DNA of 60,303 nt, taken from assembly GCA_001778785.1 (NCBI GenBank), contig MFIE01000019.1, positions 1,072 to 61,374 on the forward strand. The letters run 5' to 3'. The translations under genes and the position numbers were made by a program. This document shows positions 1 through 9,751 of this stretch, piece by piece. This DNA comes from Candidatus Giovannonibacteria bacterium RIFCSPLOWO2_01_FULL_46_13. Its GTDB lineage: Bacteria > Patescibacteriota > Minisyncoccia > JACPKW01 > UBA11713. Below the pieces are notes generated by a model that was not told where the DNA came from, made no database searches, and worked only from the letters and a program-made list of their open reading frames with translations. The first letter of the stretch is position 1; each line of letters opens with the position of its first letter.

Positions 1-1066
1 ATAGCCCCTCCCCTTAAAAGCCGCCTGAATTCCGAGGAAGAAGAAACCAAGTGCTCCCGAAGTAAGATATCCGACAATTTAGCGTCATTAGACTTAACCG
101 CGGGGATTTCTCCCGGCAATTTTTTCTCGCGGAAAGTTTCTTTGAAAAAATCCCTAGCTTCGTTGGCTCGCTTCTCCCCGTGATATATTTTTACTATTTC
201 GAAAGCGAGGCGTTCCTTGGCGTCTATCGGCCGGAGCTTGTTTAGTGCGTTTATTTCCTCGCGGCCCAAATTCGTCGCAAGAAAAAAATATTTAGAGATC
301 AAATCGTCCTTGAGCGACATAACTTTGCCGAACATATCGCGCGGCTCATCCGAAATATTTATCACGTTCCCCCAGGAAGTGGACATTTTCCGTCCGTCCG
401 TCCCTTCAAGCATTTCTGTCGTCAAAATTTCCTGCGGTTTCATCCCGTGAAATTCCTGGATCTTCCTTCCGGCCAAAAGATTAAACAACTGGTCCGTCCC
501 GCCGATCTCGACGTCTGCTTTTACGGCAACCGAATCGTATCCCTGCATTATCGGATAGAACAATTCGCGCAAACTTATTTCTTTATGCGCTTCGAAGCGT
601 TCGCGAAAATTCCGCCGTTCGAGCATTTGGCCTACGCTGAACATTTCGGCGTGCTTCATCAAGTCTCCGAAGTTTAATTTAGAAAGCCACTTGGAATTAT
701 AATGCACTTCCGCTTTTTTCAAGTCGATTATTTTTCCGAGCTGGGGCAGGTAATTTTTTAAATTTTTCTTGATCTCGTTTTTCGTAAGCATCGGCCTTTT
801 CTCGAGCTTGTCCGAGGGGTCTCCGATCTCCGCCGTAAAATCGCCAATGATCAAAACTATCTTGTGACCCAAGTTCTGAAAATCCCTCAATTTCCTTAAG
901 GCCACCGCCCGCCCAATGTGTATGTTGCCTCCGGTCGGGTCAATGCCGAACTTTATCCTTAATTTTTTGCCGGAAGAAAGTTTCTTTTCAAGGCTCGCCT
1001 TATTAATAACAGCCTCAACGTTTCTTTCTAATATACCCCTCGTTTCAATGTTTGAATTTTTGGTCA
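1..1066 (-). CDS. tyrS: Tyrosyl-tRNA synthetase, C-terminal end cut by the window edge
   Basis: Absent from the ORF track because it runs off the edge. Manual minus-strand translation from the ATG at 1066-1064 gives MTKNSNIETRGILERN...GIDPTGGNIHIGRAVAL (HIGH-type motif), GTDGRKMSTSWGN (KMSKS-type motif) and an S4-like tail SSSEFRRLLRGG. Confidence 0.85.
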
Positions 1067-1102
1067 TATCGTATAATAATAGGATACCTTAAAGAGTAAC
1101 TT

Positions 1103-3643
1103 ATGGTAAGAATCTGGCGCAAGCGCAAATTAATACTGTGGACCTCGGCCGGAGTGTTTGCGGTCCTTATTTTAGGTACGGTTGTCTACGCTACGACTTC
1201 GGTGCCTAATTTTGGCTCGCTCGAAGACCGCAAAATCGTCCAATCCACCAAGATATACGACCGCACCGGCAAGGTGCTTTTATACGACATCCACGGGGAC
1301 ATCCAGCGCACTGTTATCCCCTTCGAAGAAATACCGAACTACGCCAAAAACGCCACAATCGTAATTGAGGACCAAAATTTTTACCGCCACGCCGGAGTAA
1401 GCCCGACGAGTATCCTGCGGGCGCTCTTGGTAAACATGCATCTTAAAAGCGGGATCATCGGCCAAGGGGGGTCCACCTTAACCCAACAACTCGTTAAACA
1501 ATCCTTTCTAACCCCGGAGCGATCTCTCATCCGAAAAATACGCGAAGCTATCTTGGCGCTAAAAGTGGAAGCGAGTTATTCCAAAGACGAAATACTTGGT
1601 TTTTATTTAAACGAGATGCCATGGGGCAGAAGCGCCTACGGGATTGAAGCGGCAAGCCAGACCTATTTTGCAAAGCCCGCTAAAGACATTACCGTAGCCG
1701 AGTCCGCTTATCTAGCGGCGATGCTCCAGGCGCCAACGCGCTATTCCCCTTACGGCTCACATACCGACGAACTCGAGGGCAGGAAAAATTTGGTTATCGA
1801 TCGGCTCCACGAAAAGAATTTAATCACCGAGGAAGAATACAACGCCGCAAAAGCAGAGCAGGTTAAATTCGCGGCGCGCGCGGTCGGCGGGATAAAAGCC
1901 CCGCACTTTTCTATATATGTCCGGGAATATTTGGTTGAAAAATACGGGGAAGACGTCGTTGAAAAAGGCGGGCTCAAGGTTACAACTTCCCTAAACTGGG
2001 AGTGGCAGGAAAAATTAGAAGAGCTTGTCCGGACGTCCGCCGAACAAAATGAGAAAAATTTCAGGGCGTATAACGCCGGGATGGTCGCGACGGATCCTAA
2101 GACCGGGCAGATCATGGCGCTTGTCGGCTCGCGGGATTATTTTGCAGACCCGTTGCCGGAAGGATGTTCGCCGGGAGTTAATTGTAAATTTGACCCGCAG
2201 GTAAACATGACGCTTCGCTCGCGACAGCCTGGCTCTTCCATAAAACCGGTTATTTACGCTACCGCTTTTAAAAAAGGGTACACACCAAACACAGTTTTGT
2301 TCGATGCGCGCACGGAGTTTAGCGCATACTGTTCGCCGACAAGCGTACCCGATCCGGGGGTAGATCCGGAAAGGTGCTACCACCCGGATAATTTTGATAA
2401 TGTATTTCGCGGCCCAATGAGCCTCCGGAGCGCTTTGGCCCAATCCGTAAACGTGGTCGCGGTTAAAGTTTTGTACTTAGCCGGGCTTTCGGATTCGCTG
2501 CGAGTAGCGCGCGACATGGGGATCACGACGCTAGATGATCCGGACAGATACGGGCTGACTCTGGTTTTGGGAGGCGGAGAAGTTAAACTCTTGGAACTTA
2601 CGAATGCTTACGGAGTTTTTGCAAACGATGGGGCCTACTCTCCGTCAACTCCGATTTTAAAAATCGAAGACGGTGACGGAAACGCGCTCGAAGAATTTCG
2701 GGAAGCAAAAACGCAGGCCCTCGATCCGAATGTGGCGCGCATGATATCTAACGTCTTGTCAGACGATAACGCAAAGGCTCCAGCATTCACCGAAGCCTCC
2801 GCACCATCTTTGTTTATCCATGAAAGAAAAGTTGCTGTGAAAACCGGAACGACGCAAGACACCAGGGATACTTGGGTAATTGGATATACTCCAAACGTAG
2901 TTTTGGGTGTTTGGGCTGGCAACAACGACAACGCCGCCATGGAAAGACGCGTTGCTGGCTTGATTGTGGCGCCAATTTGGCACAAAGCCTTAACAGAGGT
3001 TATTTTACCGACGCTCCCGCAGGAAAATTTTATCACTCCAGAAATTCCAGAAAGGGATAAGCCGGTTTTAAACGGCGAGTGGCGCGGAGGGCAAGTTTAT
3101 AAAATAGACAAGACCTCCGGAAAACTTGCGAGCGAATTTACGCCCGAAGAACTTATCGAAAAAAGGGTCGTGCAGGAAGTCCACACAATATTGCATTGGG
3201 TAGACAAAAGTAACCCGTCAGGACCCCCGCCTTCGGATCCCTCTAGAGATTCGCAATATCGAAACTGGGAAACATCTGTCAGGGCATGGGCGGCCGCAAA
3301 CGGGATCATGGACGAGACAAGCGGCGTCATCCCCGGAGAGTATGATGATTCGCACCGCCCGGAGAATTTTCCGCGAGCGCAAATATTTTTAGATAGCGCG
3401 GATACGGTTTCCGACGGCACACGCATAATGGCCCGGGTTGAGACTTCGAGCACCTACCCCATCGAACAGGTAGATATTTTCCTCGGTGAAGAATATATCG
3501 GCTCGCATAAATCTGCGCCCTATATATTTCCGATAAGAATACAGGGGGGACCTGGAGAAGAAATAAAAATAACCGCGATCGTCTACGACCAGGTTAGAAA
3601 TAAAACAACCGTAGAAAAAATAGTTAGAATTTCTGAAAATTAA
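1103..3643 (+). CDS. Class A penicillin-binding protein (glycosyltransferase plus transpeptidase) with a C-terminal Ig-like extension
   Basis: N-terminal TM helix. GT51 motifs EDQNFYRHAGV, GGSTLTQQLVK and RKIREA. Transpeptidase motifs SSIKP (SxxK), SVN (SxN) and KTGTT (KTG). About 120 extra C-terminal residues that look like a beta-sandwich. Confidence 0.9.
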   Translation: MVRIWRKRKLILWTSAGVFAVLILGTVVYATTSVPNFGSLEDRKIVQSTKIYDRTGKVLLYDIHGDIQRTVIPFEEIPNYAKNATIVIEDQNFYRHAGVSPTSILRALLVNMHLKSGIIGQGGSTLTQQLVKQSFLTPERSLIRKIREAILALKVEASYSKDEILGFYLNEMPWGRSAYGIEAASQTYFAKPAKDITVAESAYLAAMLQAPTRYSPYGSHTDELEGRKNLVIDRLHEKNLITEEEYNAAKAEQVKFAARAVGGIKAPHFSIYVREYLVEKYGEDVVEKGGLKVTTSLNWEWQEKLEELVRTSAEQNEKNFRAYNAGMVATDPKTGQIMALVGSRDYFADPLPEGCSPGVNCKFDPQVNMTLRSRQPGSSIKPVIYATAFKKGYTPNTVLFDARTEFSAYCSPTSVPDPGVDPERCYHPDNFDNVFRGPMSLRSALAQSVNVVAVKVLYLAGLSDSLRVARDMGITTLDDPDRYGLTLVLGGGEVKLLELTNAYGVFANDGAYSPSTPILKIEDGDGNALEEFREAKTQALDPNVARMISNVLSDDNAKAPAFTEASAPSLFIHERKVAVKTGTTQDTRDTWVIGYTPNVVLGVWAGNNDNAAMERRVAGLIVAPIWHKALTEVILPTLPQENFITPEIPERDKPVLNGEWRGGQVYKIDKTSGKLASEFTPEELIEKRVVQEVHTILHWVDKSNPSGPPPSDPSRDSQYRNWETSVRAWAAANGIMDETSGVIPGEYDDSHRPENFPRAQIFLDSADTVSDGTRIMARVETSSTYPIEQVDIFLGEEYIGSHKSAPYIFPIRIQGGPGEEIKITAIVYDQVRNKTTVEKIVRISEN

Positions 3644-3893
3644 TTTCTTCTGGGGCCTTCGGGCCGAGGGTATCTTTCAACTCGCTTAGTATTTCGTGTT
3701 TCCTTAAAAAAATTTCGTTCTTCAGCGCCGGGCTTAGTTCAGATAAATATAAGACCCGGTTTTTTATTTTAGCCTCGAGTTTGGCGTTCGGAAATTTATT
3801 TTTTATGACGCTAACAGCTTTGGGGCCGAGGTCTTCGGCTTGTGAAAATTTCCGCAGCTTCTGAAGAAAGTTTTCTACCTTAATAAAAGCCAT
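3624..3893 (-). CDS. Small DUF721-like protein downstream of dnaN
   Basis: 89-aa ORF whose start abuts the dnaN stop. Size, basic character and position match the DUF721 proteins usually found next to dnaN. The sequence match is only impressionistic. Confidence 0.45.
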   Translation of the reverse strand: MAFIKVENFLQKLRKFSQAEDLGPKAVSVIKNKFPNAKLEAKIKNRVLYLSELSPALKNEIFLRKHEILSELKDTLGPKAPEEINFQKF

Positions 3894-4990
3894 TACATTC
3901 CGCGCATCGGCATCACCAAGTGGACGTAATCACTGTTATCCGCACCCTTCACCAAGACAGCTTTTTGTGGGCCATTGAAGCCGAGAAAAACTTTTGAACT
4001 CGGCACGGACTGGATAGCTTCGAGAAGATAGTGGTAGTTAAAATTTGCCTCAACCGGAGCTCCTGAAATTTTCGCCGGGTGCGAAGCGTGATATTCCCCT
4101 GTCTCCGAGCTTGCCGATTTTACTTCCAAAATTCCCTTGCCTTCATCCGCAGCGAGCGTTACTTCCGAAAGGCGTGAAGAAAAAATTCCAGCCGCGCGGA
4201 CCGCTCCCAAAATTTGGTCCTTATCGATTACGGCTTGCGTTTCGAAAGACTTCGGCATTATCGTCTGGTACTCTGGAAATTTTCCCTCGGTCAGCCTTGA
4301 TAAAAACGAGATGTTCCGGTTTTGGAATAAAATTTGGTTTTTGTTGAAAACGACTTCAATTTCCTCCGGTGAGTCTTCAAAAATTTTTATCAATTCCTGT
4401 CCGCTTTTCTGCGGCAAGAGGAGGGAGAGAGAAGGATAACTCACCTCCGTTTTTTGTTCGGCGAGCCTAAAAGAGTCTGTAGCCACAAAGGTTAATGGGG
4501 ATTTGCCCTGTGAAAAAACGTAGATGCTGGCCAACTCCGGCTTTGTGTACGTCGTTGCTGTTGCGGGTATGGTGTTTTTCAGGGCTTTAGCTAAAACCTC
4601 CCAAGGGATGGAAAAATAAGTCTCTTTTTTAATTTTTGGGATTGTTGGAAATTCTTCGATCGCAAGGCACTTAATGTTTGAGGTAGAAGTTTTTGAAGTA
4701 ATTTTTAAATTATTATCCTTGCTCTCGAGAGTCACCTCCCCGTCCGGTATGGAATAAAGGATTGGTAAAATTGTTTTTGCTGGCGGCAAAACTTCCCCAT
4801 CCTCTTCGATGTGCGCGGAAAGGCTTCCCTCAAAACCAACGGCTAAGTTTGTGCTTATCACTGCCAGGCGATTTTTTGTCGCGCGCAAGAGAACTGAAGA
4901 TAAAGTTAAGAGCGTTGGATTCTTACTTGTACTCCTTTCTGCCAAACTCACTAGTTTATATAATTCATTTTTATTACAGTTTAATCTCAT
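3893..4990 (-). CDS. dnaN: DNA polymerase III beta sliding clamp
   Basis: 365 aa, three-domain clamp length, located immediately downstream of dnaA. N-terminal MRLNCNKNELYKLVSLAERSTSKNPTLLTLSSVLL is typical of DnaN. Confidence 0.9.
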   Translation of the reverse strand: MRLNCNKNELYKLVSLAERSTSKNPTLLTLSSVLLRATKNRLAVISTNLAVGFEGSLSAHIEEDGEVLPPAKTILPILYSIPDGEVTLESKDNNLKITSKTSTSNIKCLAIEEFPTIPKIKKETYFSIPWEVLAKALKNTIPATATTYTKPELASIYVFSQGKSPLTFVATDSFRLAEQKTEVSYPSLSLLLPQKSGQELIKIFEDSPEEIEVVFNKNQILFQNRNISFLSRLTEGKFPEYQTIMPKSFETQAVIDKDQILGAVRAAGIFSSRLSEVTLAADEGKGILEVKSASSETGEYHASHPAKISGAPVEANFNYHYLLEAIQSVPSSKVFLGFNGPQKAVLVKGADNSDYVHLVMPMRGM

Positions 4991-5146
4991 ATTTATTATT
5001 TATACCTGTATTGGTTGTGGAAAATTTTTTAAAGCCCTTTAAACCTTAGATATTTTTTATTTCTTTTAATTAACAACTTGTTGATAATCTGAAAGTATTT
5101 TTTTATTTATTTTAATCGCTGATTTTTTCAGGGAAGTAATTAACAG

Positions 5147-6511
5147 TTAATTCACAGAACTATAATCATATAGTTCACGGATTCTCTTCATCTCTTCGGC
5201 GAGTTGTCCATTCTTTTTCACCTCTTTGGAAATTTTGTCGAAGGCGTGTATCGCTGTTGTGTGGTCGCGTCCGCCGAAACGTTGGCCGATGTATGGGTAC
5301 GATCCGTTAAAATCTTCACGAAGAAGGTACATTGCGATCTGTCTTGGACGTACTATTTCTTTCTTCCTAGTTTTTTCAAACAAGATTCCCTCCGTTACAT
5401 CATAGAAATCAGCAACGCATTTTATAATCTGGTTCGCGGTAACGATCCTTTTCGGCTGGGTATTTTTATCCAGCATCTCTTTTACCTCAGGTATAGATAG
5501 AATCTTGTCAGAGAGCTTAGACTTTGCAACTACAGCGTTTAGCGCCCCCTCTAACTCCCTTATATTTTTCTGGACAGTAGAGGCTATGAACTCAAGAATT
5601 TCTTGGTTAATATAATTCTCCTTCCCTGCTGATTTCGATCTTAAGATGGCAAGGCGCGATTCATACTCGGGAGCGCCTATATCGGCAACCATTCCTCCTG
5701 CGAACCTGCTTTTCAGACGCTCTTCCAGGTCATTTATGGCATGCGGAGGTTTGTCAGAAGAAAAAACTATCTGTTTACTCATCTCGTAAAGGGAATTAAA
5801 AATATGGAAAAGTTCTTCTTGTGTTTTTACTTTGCCTGCAATAAATTGTACGTCATCGAGTATTAAAAGATCGAAGGAGCGATACTTATCTTTAAAAATA
5901 CTTGCTTCGTTCGACTGCATAGAACTTACGAGCTCCGACGTGAAGCGTTCGGACGTCGTGTACAAAACTTTCAAACGAGGGTTCCCTTTTTTTATTTCGT
6001 TGCCAATCGCTTGCAAGAGATGCGTTTTGCCTAAACCAACCCCTCCGTAGAGGAACAGTGGATTATATGCTTGCCCTAAATTTTTACTGACAGCCACGGA
6101 AGCTGCGTGCGCGAGTTCGTTAAAGGGCCCAACTATAAATGAATCAAATGTATATCGGGGGTTAAGGTTGGTTTCGCGGTCAACTAGGAGCTCTTTAAAT
6201 TCGAGTTGCTCTTCTTGAGGGGAAAGCCCGCGCTCCCTGCGCCTTCTTTGTAATAAAGGAGGGATTTCTGATGAGATTACATACTCTACGTTCCTAATTT
6301 CAGGAACCAGCCCGCGCAGAGATTTCAAAATGAATTTGTGGTATTTATATTCGAGCCATTCTTTGGCAAACGCGTTTGGGACTTTTAGGACCACCACACC
6401 ATCTTGGCGATCCGCTACTGAAGTATTTTGAAACCAAGTTATAAAATTAGCCTTTGAGACCGCGAGTTCTAATTCGTTCAACGCAGCCTGCCACAATTCT
6501 TCGTTCGTCAT
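5147..6511 (-). CDS. dnaA: Chromosomal replication initiator DnaA
   Basis: Walker A GGVGLGKTHLL, Walker B LLILDDVQF, and C-terminal DNA-binding signature GGRDHTTAIHA. Confidence 0.95.
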   Translation of the reverse strand: MTNEELWQAALNELELAVSKANFITWFQNTSVADRQDGVVVLKVPNAFAKEWLEYKYHKFILKSLRGLVPEIRNVEYVISSEIPPLLQRRRRERGLSPQEEQLEFKELLVDRETNLNPRYTFDSFIVGPFNELAHAASVAVSKNLGQAYNPLFLYGGVGLGKTHLLQAIGNEIKKGNPRLKVLYTTSERFTSELVSSMQSNEASIFKDKYRSFDLLILDDVQFIAGKVKTQEELFHIFNSLYEMSKQIVFSSDKPPHAINDLEERLKSRFAGGMVADIGAPEYESRLAILRSKSAGKENYINQEILEFIASTVQKNIRELEGALNAVVAKSKLSDKILSIPEVKEMLDKNTQPKRIVTANQIIKCVADFYDVTEGILFEKTRKKEIVRPRQIAMYLLREDFNGSYPYIGQRFGGRDHTTAIHAFDKISKEVKKNGQLAEEMKRIRELYDYSSVN

Positions 6512-6667
6512 GAGTAAAATTTAATAGGACTTTATAACCAGCTATAACAGTAATCTTAGTCCTCTTATGGAAAATTTACTAATTGACGACAACATTACTA
6601 AAATGTTAATAAACTCTGGATTTCTTGTTAATATTGAAACTAAGTAGATTTGTGTTAGAATGTTTTA

Positions 6668-6802
6668 ATGTCTCAAACATACCAGCCAAAAAAGAGAAAA
6701 AGGAAGAGGAGTCACGGTTTTTTGAAGAGAAAGAAAACTTCTTCCGGTAGAGCTGTCTTGAAGCGCCGAAGAAATAAAAATCGGAAGCGCATTACAATCT
6801 AA
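6668..6802 (+). CDS. rpmH: 50S ribosomal protein L34
   Basis: Not in the ORF track (too short). Manual translation gives [44 protein letters not shown]. It lies directly upstream of rnpA, as in most bacteria. Confidence 0.9.
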   Translation: MSQTYQPKKRKRKRSHGFLKRKKTSSGRAVLKRRRNKNRKRITI

Positions 6803-6811
6803 CACTTAGCA

Positions 6812-7147
6812 ATGCTCCCAAAGCCTCATCGCCTTTCGCGAAAAGACGATATCGAACAAATAGCCAAAGGTAGGGGCGTAAAAAAAGAAGCTCTTCTTTT
6901 GAAATTCTCTAAAAACGGCTTGAAAGAGAGCAGATTCGCCTTTATTATCCCGAGTAAAAAGATAAAAAAGGCCACAGAAAGGAACTTGGTGAAGAGAAGG
7001 GCGCGCAACATAATCCGGAAGAATTTGAAAAACATCAAGGGAGGATCTGATATTCTTTTTATTTTCTCGGCTAATGCCTTAGAATTGGACTACGCGGGCC
7101 TGGAAAAAGAACTGCTTTCGGCACTTTCCCTGGCCAAGCTCCTATGA
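6812..7147 (+). CDS. rnpA: RNase P protein component
   Basis: 111 aa, basic, with LPKPHRLSRKDDIE at the N-terminus. Conserved rpmH-rnpA-yidD-yidC order. Confidence 0.85.
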   Translation: MLPKPHRLSRKDDIEQIAKGRGVKKEALLLKFSKNGLKESRFAFIIPSKKIKKATERNLVKRRARNIIRKNLKNIKGGSDILFIFSANALELDYAGLEKELLSALSLAKLL

Positions 7148-7374
7148 AAAAGATTTTTATATTTCTTATTAACCTCTACCAGAAATTTCTATCCCCCGAC
7201 CAGGGAGCTTTTTCTTCTGGGAGGAAGTATTGCGTTTTTGAGCCATCTTGCTCGCAATACACGAAGGAAGCAATTGAACACGGCGGGGTTTTGTACGGAT
7301 TAATGAAGGGGGGAGCAAGAATTGCGCGATGCCACCCCTGGCAGACTAAACTTGTAGATCCCTTCCGACCATGA
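7144..7374 (+). CDS. yidD: Membrane protein insertion efficiency factor YidD
   Basis: 76 aa with CVFEPSCSQYTKEAIEHGG...ARIARCHPW. Overlaps the rnpA stop by 4 nt. Confidence 0.85.
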   Translation: MKKIFIFLINLYQKFLSPDQGAFSSGRKYCVFEPSCSQYTKEAIEHGGVLYGLMKGGARIARCHPWQTKLVDPFRP

Positions 7375-8108
7375 GTTTTTTCTCTTCCATATATAATGAA
7401 GTCCTCTATCGCCCGCTTTTCAATGCGCTAGTTTTTTTGACCGCTCTTATCCCCGGGCACGACATGGGAATTGCCATAATTCTCTTAACGCTTGCCGTGC
7501 GGGTAATAATATTCCCGCTTACGCACCGGGGCCTCATCACCCAGATAAAGATGAAGCAGCTCGAACCCGTGATAAATAAAATTCGCGAGGAATATAAAAA
7601 TACCGAAGAGCAGGGAAAGAAAATGATGGAACTATATAAAGAGCACGGCGTAAATCCGCTTTCTGGATGCTTCCTTCTTTTGATACAGCTTCCGATTTTG
7701 ATCGCGCTCTACCATTTATTCTGGAAAGGGATAATGGCGGGAGGGGTGGACCTGTATTCTTTCGTGTCCATGCCCAGACAAATAAATATGAATTTTCTCG
7801 GATTGGTTGAACTTTCCTCGCCGAGCTGGGTTTTGGCATTTCTCGCCGGAATTTCGCAGTTTGCCCAAATGAAACTTGCCAACCCCACCATACCCAAGAA
7901 GGGCACGAATGTCCGCGAAGAGATGACTCGCGCCCTCGCTATACAGTCGCTTTATGTCTTCCCAGTCCTAATCTTTTTCATATCGATCCGCTTCCCGGCG
8001 GCGCTCCCATTATATTGGACAGCCTCTAACGTTTTTGCTACTGTACACGAAGCCATAGTGCGCCGACGCGCCAGGCTTCTATATGGGACCGGAGAAGGAA
8101 AAAATTAA
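7371..8108 (+). CDS. yidC: Membrane protein insertase YidC (short form)
   Basis: 245 aa polytopic protein with PLTHRGLITQIKMKQLEPVINKIREEYK and GCFLLLIQLPILIALY, characteristic of the YidC/Oxa1 core. Confidence 0.85.
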   Translation: MSFFSSIYNEVLYRPLFNALVFLTALIPGHDMGIAIILLTLAVRVIIFPLTHRGLITQIKMKQLEPVINKIREEYKNTEEQGKKMMELYKEHGVNPLSGCFLLLIQLPILIALYHLFWKGIMAGGVDLYSFVSMPRQINMNFLGLVELSSPSWVLAFLAGISQFAQMKLANPTIPKKGTNVREEMTRALAIQSLYVFPVLIFFISIRFPAALPLYWTASNVFATVHEAIVRRRARLLYGTGEGKN

Positions 8109-8550
8109 AAAAATTGTTGAAGACCTTCTCGCCGGGATGGGTATTTTTGGCAGCGTTAGCATTTACGAAACAGCCGACAATATCCAGTTTCAAATAAAAA
8201 CTCAGGAAGCCGGCCTTTTGATAGGAGAAAAAGGAGAGAATTTGATTGCCTTAAACCATCTTTTAAAAAGAATCGCCGAAGCGCAGGTTGGAAAAACTGC
8301 CGTACCTTTTTCGGTTGACGTTAACGATTACCAAAGGCAAAAAGCCGAGGAAATAAAAGACTTGGCTCGACTTTCTGCCCAGCGCGTCAGATATTTCAAA
8401 AAAGAAATAGAGCTCCGGCCCATGAGTTCGTATGAGCGGAGGATTGTGCACGCGATTTTGACGGAATACCCAGACATCATGACGCAATCGGTAGGCGAAG
8501 AGCCCAATCGAAAAGTTGTAATAAAACCTTTCGAAGTAAAAGAAGTATAA
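8083..8550 (+). CDS. jag: Jag/KhpB-like RNA-binding protein (KH plus R3H)
   Basis: KH-like GEKGENLIALNHLLKRI and R3H motif MSSYERRIVHAIL. Follows yidC as is usual. The listed start overlaps yidC by 26 nt, so the true start may be the internal Met. Confidence 0.8.
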   Translation: MGPEKEKIKKIVEDLLAGMGIFGSVSIYETADNIQFQIKTQEAGLLIGEKGENLIALNHLLKRIAEAQVGKTAVPFSVDVNDYQRQKAEEIKDLARLSAQRVRYFKKEIELRPMSSYERRIVHAILTEYPDIMTQSVGEEPNRKVVIKPFEVKEV

Positions 8551-8554
8551 CTTT

Positions 8555-9742
8555 TTAGTTTATTTTAAGACGCCAGAGTGAGCCGTCTTTTTTATTTGTG
8601 AAGAAAAGCAAAGTTTCGTCTTCGGACAAAAAGAGGTTTGTGGCGTCGACCGAAGGAAGAATTTCGATGGATTCTATGGCCGAATCTTTTAGGTTTAACT
8701 TAACTATCTCGTCGTTGAAAGATATTTTTCCCTTGTACCAATCGTCCGGATAAACCGCGGGAGAATACGCCAAGGGCAAGGCGCAGAAAATTATGTCTTT
8801 AGACTTTTTTGACCAAGCGCATTTTTCAGGGAGGGTTAACGAAGAGGCCGAACTTAATTTATTCCCGGCAATATTTAAGGAAAGGTTTGAGAGCGCGCGG
8901 TCGTTCGGGTCGGAAGCGGAGAAAAATATGTTTGCGCCGTTTGTGGCGGCGGTTAATCCCAGCGAAGGGCCAAATACTTTTGCGAATGCCCCCGAGCTTA
9001 AAGTTAATTTATACAAAAACCCATCCAGGTACGCCGACGGCGCCGTTAGGAGATAGATGTTTGCTTCTTCCGGCCAAGATATTTTCCATGAAGTTATTGG
9101 CATTTTAAGCCGCACGGTCGGGGTTTTATTTTCAGGAGTCGCGGTTATAACTTGCCCCTCGGATCCCGAAGCGAGCACGTAGGCGACCCTATCTCCCTTT
9201 GGGGAAAAGATTGCTTCACGAACGCCGTCTGGAAGAAATGTTGTCTTGGTCGAGGATCCGCTGAAAACCGCGGAAAGGACGTTGAGTTTTTCATTCGAAT
9301 AATATTTCAAAATGGCGCGATCCCCTTTCGGCGACCAGGAAACTTCAAAAATTCCCGGTATGGTTGTATTGGAAATTAAATTCTTGTTTTTGCCATCCAA
9401 ATCCATTTCAAAAAGATGCCCCGAAGCGCGGTCGATGTACCGTATTTTGCCTTTATATATTGTAGCTCCGGAGACACTTTCTTTTACGAGCTCGAGGAAA
9501 TTTTGTTCGCCTGCGTTTGCTTCGGGCAGATTATTTTCCTCTCCTTCTGGCGAGCCTTCCGAGTCTAAAGGGGCGCCGTCGTTATTTTCAGACTTCGGGA
9601 AAAGATTATAAAATATTTCCGCGATTCCCGCGCGTTCCTGTCCCGCCCCCGTCGGCAGGCTCAAATACCAAATGATCCCAGCGATCAAGATGACTGCCCC
9701 AGCCGCGATTATGATATTTCTTTTTGTGAAATAGTTTTGCAT
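8555..9742 (-). CDS. Membrane-anchored protein with PD40/TolB-like beta-propeller repeats
   Basis: N-terminal TM helix followed by the repeated motifs VSWSPKGDRAILKY and AIFSPKGDRVAYVL. Confidence 0.5.
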   Translation of the reverse strand: MQNYFTKRNIIIAAGAVILIAGIIWYLSLPTGAGQERAGIAEIFYNLFPKSENNDGAPLDSEGSPEGEENNLPEANAGEQNFLELVKESVSGATIYKGKIRYIDRASGHLFEMDLDGKNKNLISNTTIPGIFEVSWSPKGDRAILKYYSNEKLNVLSAVFSGSSTKTTFLPDGVREAIFSPKGDRVAYVLASGSEGQVITATPENKTPTVRLKMPITSWKISWPEEANIYLLTAPSAYLDGFLYKLTLSSGAFAKVFGPSLGLTAATNGANIFFSASDPNDRALSNLSLNIAGNKLSSASSLTLPEKCAWSKKSKDIIFCALPLAYSPAVYPDDWYKGKISFNDEIVKLNLKDSAIESIEILPSVDATNLFLSEDETLLFFTNKKDGSLWRLKIN

Positions 9743-9751
9743 TTTAAAAAC

